The notes below the pieces were generated by a model that ran no database searches, was not told the DNA's origin, and saw only the letters and a program-made list of their open reading frames with translations. DNA of 63,999 nt, the filler included, from Stramenopiles sp. TOSAG23-6 (taxonomy: Eukaryota): the NCBI GenBank assembly GCA_900128565.1. It is 6 parts of 6 records of this genome, joined end to end, with 100 filler letters (N's around TTAATTAATTAA, not from the genome) between each part and the next. Parts side by side here need not be neighbours in the genome. Positions count along the whole stretch, not along the records: positions 54,023 to 63,999 come from LT636339.1; 5 more parts are not named here. One strand, written 5' to 3'. Below, piece after piece: positions 58,516 to 63,999 of this stretch. The translations under genes and the position numbers were made by a program. The first letter of the stretch is position 1, and every line of letters starts with the position of its first letter.

Positions 58516-59091
58516 ATTTAATATATAACAATGTATTAACAATACTTCCAATAGTAAAATACTTTCTTAATTAGATACAATATCTTACGCACACACACAT
58601 ATATACTATAGTAGATATGAATGATCGGGTGAATTTGAAATTTTTAGAAGGATTCGATTTTGAAAATCTCCTGAAAAATCAATTTTTGAAAAAAAAATTG
58701 AAATTTCGAAATTTCGAAATTTTGAAAAAAAATTATTGGGAAAATTTATCCATCTTTCAGTCTTAGAAAATGTTCTATACTTTGTGAATTTCAATGAAGG
58801 TCACATATATTGTAGATTTAATGTGGCTACTCGTGCGATTTTGAAGAGCTTTGAATATATAAAGAAAAAAAATAAGGTTTCGAGCATATTTTGTTATATT
58901 TTGTTATATACATTTTATATTTTGTTATATACATTTGATTGAATTCCAATTTTTAATGCTCAAAATTTTCCATCATACATTTGAAAGCTTATTTCTTGTA
59001 CGTAATTACTCAGCAAAGTATTACTCGCTGCACCTGGTAACGAAATAAATGCTAAAAAGAAACATAAAAAATATTTCAGCGAATACTCATC

Positions 59092-59841
59092 TTACAGGAG
59101 TCCCTCTGTATCGATGCAATACAGCGGGTTAATGCGCAAGCAATAATAACATTTAAGATATTCTGGGCATGGTGCTCGTAATCGCTCAGAACCTCCCATA
59201 TCTTCATGACATATATTATGTACAAAAGATGGACAGTCCATAATATATTTGAGATAACCTTTGCACATGTCTTTGTACTTTGGATCTATGGAAGCACAGA
59301 GATTTCTCTGCCCGGTAACCAACCCCATGGCCTCGACCTCTGCAGCCTCCGCTCCTTTTTCAGACGAGTATCCATTGTCTACACCTTTATCTCCAGTTTG
59401 AATCATGAGTTTGCACACCTTGCATTCTTCTACTCCTGTAGCAATCTCATATTTTGGTGCCACATAAAAACCTTGTCCAAACCAATTGTGAGGAACTTTC
59501 GATCCAAGTACGGCTTCCCCCCCAGCATCACCACCACCACCTGCATCCTCACCAAGAAGCTTACGTTGAGATCCTTGTTTATCTGATCGAAGTTGCTTAA
59601 AATGATAGTCACCTGCCTCTTCAACCAGAGTAGGAACGGGAACAGAACCTTTGAGGTCGGTGGATTCATGTCGTGGTGGCGGTGGAGGCGTCCATTCACC
59701 TACTTTGAATTTTTTTCTCGACATATACATTTTTTTGATATCTTCCATCTTCACAGCATGTATCATAACCATCTCAGATAAGAAAATACACAAAATTAAA
59801 CGTTTCATTTTGATGCGAATAAAATTTGAAGAGGAAACCAA
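59092..59841 (-). CDS. Secreted Cys-rich protein, possibly saposin-like (paralog A)
   Basis: Signal peptide; ECKVCK…C…MC…CPSFVHNICHEDMGG…CYYCLRINPLYC. Confidence 0.75.
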   Translation of the reverse strand: MVSSSNFIRIKMKRLILCIFLSEMVMIHAVKMEDIKKMYMSRKKFKVGEWTPPPPPRHESTDLKGSVPVPTLVEEAGDYHFKQLRSDKQGSQRKLLGEDAGGGGDAGGEAVLGSKVPHNWFGQGFYVAPKYEIATGVEECKVCKLMIQTGDKGVDNGYSSEKGAEAAEVEAMGLVTGQRNLCASIDPKYKDMCKGYLKYIMDCPSFVHNICHEDMGGSERLRAPCPEYLKCYYCLRINPLYCIDTEGLL

Positions 59842-60148
59842 ACTTCAAGTGTTAAACGAAATTACGAGGAGAGGGAGAGGAAGAGCAGTTCAAAATGCCG
59901 TTTTTGAATTCGTATGAATTAGGTACGAAAAGTAGAAAATTCCGCAAAACGGTCCAAATGGCTTCTTTAATACTGGTGGAACAAACATGTTTTATGATCA
60001 AATTTAATTAATAATAAACTAATTTCCTCCTCAAAACCAAAGAAGTTATTCCATCAAGCTTGGCATAATAACATAATTACGCTTAGATAAATTAGAGGGG
60101 AAACTGCTAAAATGACTAAAAGTTTCAATTAATTAATACACGCCAATC

Positions 60149-60868
60149 TTACTGGAGACAGTACAAAGGGTTAATACCTAAACAATACCAACATTTCAAG
60201 TGATCTGGGCAAGGAGATCTTAGTCTAAGTACACCGCCCATATCTTCTTGGCAGATATCGTGAACAAAAGCAGGACACATACTTAATTGCTTTTGATATG
60301 GGATGCACATTTCTCTGAAATCTTCCCTGACGAGGTTGCACTGATGAGTTCCAGGAAAAGGAAAACCGTTTTTTAACTGAGAAGTCTGAGCTTGAATTCC
60401 ATAATTTTCTTCAACACTAATTGGAAATAATAATTCTTTCGTTGCCGCCATCAATTTTTTGCAAAGGTTGCACTCATCTACGCCTACAATGGGTTCATAA
60501 TGAGGGGCAACATACTTTTCTCTGTTGAACCAATTTCGCGGAACTTTTAAAACTTTACTTGACAAACTTGATTGCAACAACTNTGAACGACGTCGTTTGA
60601 ATCGATATTGTTCAAATCGTGAGGCTTTGGGTATGGGTATCTCATGAAAAACTTTAGCCTCTTCTATAGGTGGTACTGGTGGTACCCACTCGCCGACTTT
60701 AAATTTCTTTCTTTCTTGGTACAGTTTACTCATGTCTTCAACCTCAATTGCATCACTGTTTTGTGCGGCACCCAGAAGAATAAGTACAGTAATCAAGATA
60801 TTTTTCACTGAAGACTTAAATAGCATATTAGTGTTTTGGACCGCGTTTATTGAATAATACGAGATCAA
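60149..60868 (-). CDS. Secreted Cys-rich protein, possibly saposin-like (paralog B)
   Basis: Shares RKKFKVGEW.PP, KVP.NWF and ICxEDMGG…CLxINPLYC with 59092-59841. Confidence 0.75.
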   Translation of the reverse strand: MISYYSINAVQNTNMLFKSSVKNILITVLILLGAAQNSDAIEVEDMSKLYQERKKFKVGEWVPPVPPIEEAKVFHEIPIPKASRFEQYRFKRRRSXLLQSSLSSKVLKVPRNWFNREKYVAPHYEPIVGVDECNLCKKLMAATKELLFPISVEENYGIQAQTSQLKNGFPFPGTHQCNLVREDFREMCIPYQKQLSMCPAFVHDICQEDMGGVLRLRSPCPDHLKCWYCLGINPLYCLQ

Positions 60869-61076
60869 AGAAAATCAGCTATCTTAGCAGCAACTAAAAT
60901 TTAAAGTTTCGTATAATGGTATCTTGTTTGAGAGATTGAGACGACGACAATACGAGAGGACGCTCCCCTTTTTCAAAAATTTAAAATTTTGAAAAATCCA
61001 AAAAAGAATTTCAAATTTGATTTGAAATTGAATTTTTGAAAAAAAATATATCACGAGCAGGTTTGTGTTGCTTTTA

Positions 61077-63632
61077 TTATTCTAGAATTTCAAACTCCGA
61101 GAAAACGTCTCGCATCGGATTAAAAATTACCCCTGGCATGATTTCTTCTTCATTTTTTAATTCTTTCTCTTTTTCGTATTGTTCATCTACTGTAATAATT
61201 AAATCGACGTCAATCACTGTTTTAAATCGATCCCCAGGTCTCTGAATTTGTAAAATTTTTGTTTTAGTTAATTTTGTTGGAGAAAAAAGCAAAAACGATT
61301 GACAAAATGAATTTAAAATCATTTCAATAGTAGTAAGATCCTTAGTTTTCATATTCCTTTCATGATTTCTTATTATGGATAATTTTGCCTGACTGAAAAT
61401 ATCTTTATAAAAAATATTATCTTCCGTAAATTTTACGTAATCTGGAGTCTTTGCAAAACTCATTTGTTTAATGAGATTTAGAGAAGTTTCCCATAATAAT
61501 ACAGTTTTTTTTTTACTAGCATACATTTTTTTCATCAGAATAGAATCGTTGATTATGATACTACTATTTGCTTCTCGTAAATGATTTATATATTGAAGTT
61601 TTCGTATATAACTATTCATCACTTCCATGGAAAAGAATCGAATATGAGTTGTAAGTAAATATTTCAGTTTCATTCTAAGATCTGATGTAAAAATATGTTG
61701 AATTTTATCTGATCTCTCCATTGTGAGTTTTGTAGCAGCCATGGCATAATCAAGGTAATGTTCAGCATTATGATGATTAAAGATTTTACTTCCTGTATTA
61801 TTTTCAGGAAATATCAAAAGGTCATATGAAGGATACACTGAAAACAACACATTTAAAATTGCAAATTGATATGATATCGAAATCCATAAATACAAGATAG
61901 TTTCTTCAGATTCATGTTTTTTTGGGAAATTCGCTGCAAGTGTAAGCTTCATAATTGCGTCGGCTTCTGTACAAGCAATTTTTGCTTCATGAATACTTTT
62001 ATCAAAAATTGCTGTCAATCTTTGAATTCTTGTCCAAATATTTTTCAAATTTGTATACCAAGCTTCGGAGTAAGAATAATTATTCCTGTCACCTTGTGTG
62101 ATATTGGGTATTCTATCTTTTAATTTTGCTTCCAGCATTTTCTGTAATTTAAAAAGTGACAAACGTAATTGAGTAAGTTTTACAACTTCATACTCGACAA
62201 AATTTACATATTTGGTTACCATCTTGATTGCATCTCTTTCTTCAAACATTTTCTTTGCGTCAAGATTTTGTTGTAAACAAGTGAAGGGACTGGCATAACC
62301 ATCTTGTTTTGTTTCAATAAAATGGGATTTTCTAATAAAAAGTGAACATTTAATTGCTGATCTATGAGAAGAGAATTCCGTGCTTTCTTTTGGATTCTTA
62401 ACGTTACTTGTTTCTTTGGTATCTCTAAGTTTTTCAGATGAAATCGAACCAAGTGATATATGAGGAGTCATTGAAAATCCTCCATGAGGGTATGTAAATG
62501 TTAAATCATTCGTTGAATGAGCAGTAGGTTCAATTGGTGAGAGATCATCTGTGAAAGACGAAGAATGGAACATAATATCTATCAAGGTATCTGAATTAGA
62601 AGGATCTACAGCACACAATGTACACAAAATTCGACCACGCCATTTTACAGAATACTTTCTTTCTAGTTGTATAGAAAGTATTGTATTTGTAGAAAATATT
62701 GCCGTATACTTTAATGCGATTGGATCCCAAATTAATGAAGTTTCCATAACTATTGAATTATTTGCTTTTTTAACTTTTCCTTTTGATCTTTTTGATCCAA
62801 CTTTTTTGCCTTTGTGCTTCAAAAGGTCATCTATATTAATGGCTTCAATAAGTAAAGCAACGTTTTTGCTACCATATACACGAGCTTTTTCAATATTTGT
62901 AATTTTATTCACGTATAGAGATATCTTGTGAGATTGCAACTTGTCTTTGTTAATAAGAATATTCCATAATCGTGTATTCTGCGCACAATTTGCACTTATT
63001 TCAGATTTTAAAGAGTTGCCTTGTAATATTAAAGTACTAGTTGTAAACATTGAAGATGTAAAATCTGCTAAATTCATTATTCTTTTCAATGATCCATGAT
63101 ATTTCAATTTTTCATTCCCACTGAAATTAGGGTTAGGGTTCAATTTTTCATTCCCACTGAAATACTCTATAGTTGGCTTAAGATGAAATTTTGCTTTCCA
63201 GTTGAAAACCTCAATAAACGCACATCCCGATGCCACTTTGGTATAACGGAACCATACAGCCTGCCATTTTTTGGAGCGACTCTGCAAATCTTTTTCAAAG
63301 ATAAGGCCTTGTGGGGAATGCCTATTATATGTCTCTTCGTGACCAAGTATTCCTGGAAAAAGTGAATGCAAATCTGGTCCCTCTGGTAGTGTAGCTTTAT
63401 CAAGTTTTGCTTCAGATTTCTCTTCATCCATATCAGAATCGGAGAGCGCATCAACTGATTCCACTTCTTCCTCGATTTGGGGCGGCTTATAGGCACGCGT
63501 AAACTTTAGTATATTTAGAGTTTGTGCTTTACTATCTGTACAATGAGTGTAGAAATTATGACGGAGGGCAAGTGATTTATGCCGTGGCTCACTCAAGCGA
63601 CGAATATTGAGAGTTTCAATTTTAGACTGCAT
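61077..63632 (-). CDS. Hypothetical protein, 851 aa
   Basis: Long intronless ORF; no motif recognised. Confidence 0.65.
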   Translation of the reverse strand: MQSKIETLNIRRLSEPRHKSLALRHNFYTHCTDSKAQTLNILKFTRAYKPPQIEEEVESVDALSDSDMDEEKSEAKLDKATLPEGPDLHSLFPGILGHEETYNRHSPQGLIFEKDLQSRSKKWQAVWFRYTKVASGCAFIEVFNWKAKFHLKPTIEYFSGNEKLNPNPNFSGNEKLKYHGSLKRIMNLADFTSSMFTTSTLILQGNSLKSEISANCAQNTRLWNILINKDKLQSHKISLYVNKITNIEKARVYGSKNVALLIEAINIDDLLKHKGKKVGSKRSKGKVKKANNSIVMETSLIWDPIALKYTAIFSTNTILSIQLERKYSVKWRGRILCTLCAVDPSNSDTLIDIMFHSSSFTDDLSPIEPTAHSTNDLTFTYPHGGFSMTPHISLGSISSEKLRDTKETSNVKNPKESTEFSSHRSAIKCSLFIRKSHFIETKQDGYASPFTCLQQNLDAKKMFEERDAIKMVTKYVNFVEYEVVKLTQLRLSLFKLQKMLEAKLKDRIPNITQGDRNNYSYSEAWYTNLKNIWTRIQRLTAIFDKSIHEAKIACTEADAIMKLTLAANFPKKHESEETILYLWISISYQFAILNVLFSVYPSYDLLIFPENNTGSKIFNHHNAEHYLDYAMAATKLTMERSDKIQHIFTSDLRMKLKYLLTTHIRFFSMEVMNSYIRKLQYINHLREANSSIIINDSILMKKMYASKKKTVLLWETSLNLIKQMSFAKTPDYVKFTEDNIFYKDIFSQAKLSIIRNHERNMKTKDLTTIEMILNSFCQSFLLFSPTKLTKTKILQIQRPGDRFKTVIDVDLIITVDEQYEKEKELKNEEEIMPGVIFNPMRDVFSEFEILE

Positions 63633-63999
63633 TATATTTCAATTTTAAACAGAATCAATCTTATATAGTGAAGTATAAAAAGTAATTTCAGGGCATGATC
63701 ATAATAAAGATACTCCAGATCGTATTCTATAGTAAAATTGTGTTCTTTTCTGGCGACGGTTGCATTTTTTTTACCGGAAAGAAATAAATATCGAAATAAA
63801 TCATGTTGCAGGTTTGTTCCATGGATGTCAAAAATTTTCCAGTCAAAGAGATCGGATCGGGATCAAAGACGACAGTCGAACAAAAAAAAAAAACACGAAG
63901 CACACTCGTGAGAGTCGAGGTCTAATTGGGTATTTCTAAGACTATGGTAGATGCCGATAGTATAGAGAGATCAGTGAATCGGGGTGTGACTATTCTTAA

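Noticed and set aside
30394-63140. TTAGGGTTAGGG at about 30395, 54739 and 63127 as telomeric remnants
   Set aside because: All lie in minus-strand exons encoding NPNP; explained by coding.

Overview
AT-rich, gene-dense eukaryotic (protist-like) nuclear DNA; the organism cannot be named from sequence alone. The window is six unrelated ~10-11 kb contigs joined by artificial N-TTAATTAATTAA-N linkers. Recognisable genes: a 7TM GPCR, a giant HECT E3 ligase, gamma-tubulin, a PI4K-II-like kinase, a C5 DNA methyltransferase, a SEL1-repeat membrane protein, a GNAT, RPN1, centrin-3, histone H4, a CaaX-ending SNARE, an importin-beta-like protein, tRNA-Val(TAC) and a cluster of secreted Cys-rich proteins. 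The main signal is a family of 37 related elements (30 complete at 84-155 nt, 7 cut by contig or window ends). All interrupt coding sequence in the sense orientation. They carry a GTATGT/GTACGT donor, a TTCGTACGAA palindrome and a GTACCTAAC branch-like motif, but nearly all lack the 3' AG. Of the 30 complete copies, 26 end in AT, one in TT, one in GT and two in AG. Removing GT...AT restores the frame at every complete junction except one chimeric join. They look like a transposon-derived (introner) family spliced with a non-AG acceptor, and they are the only introns I could find here.
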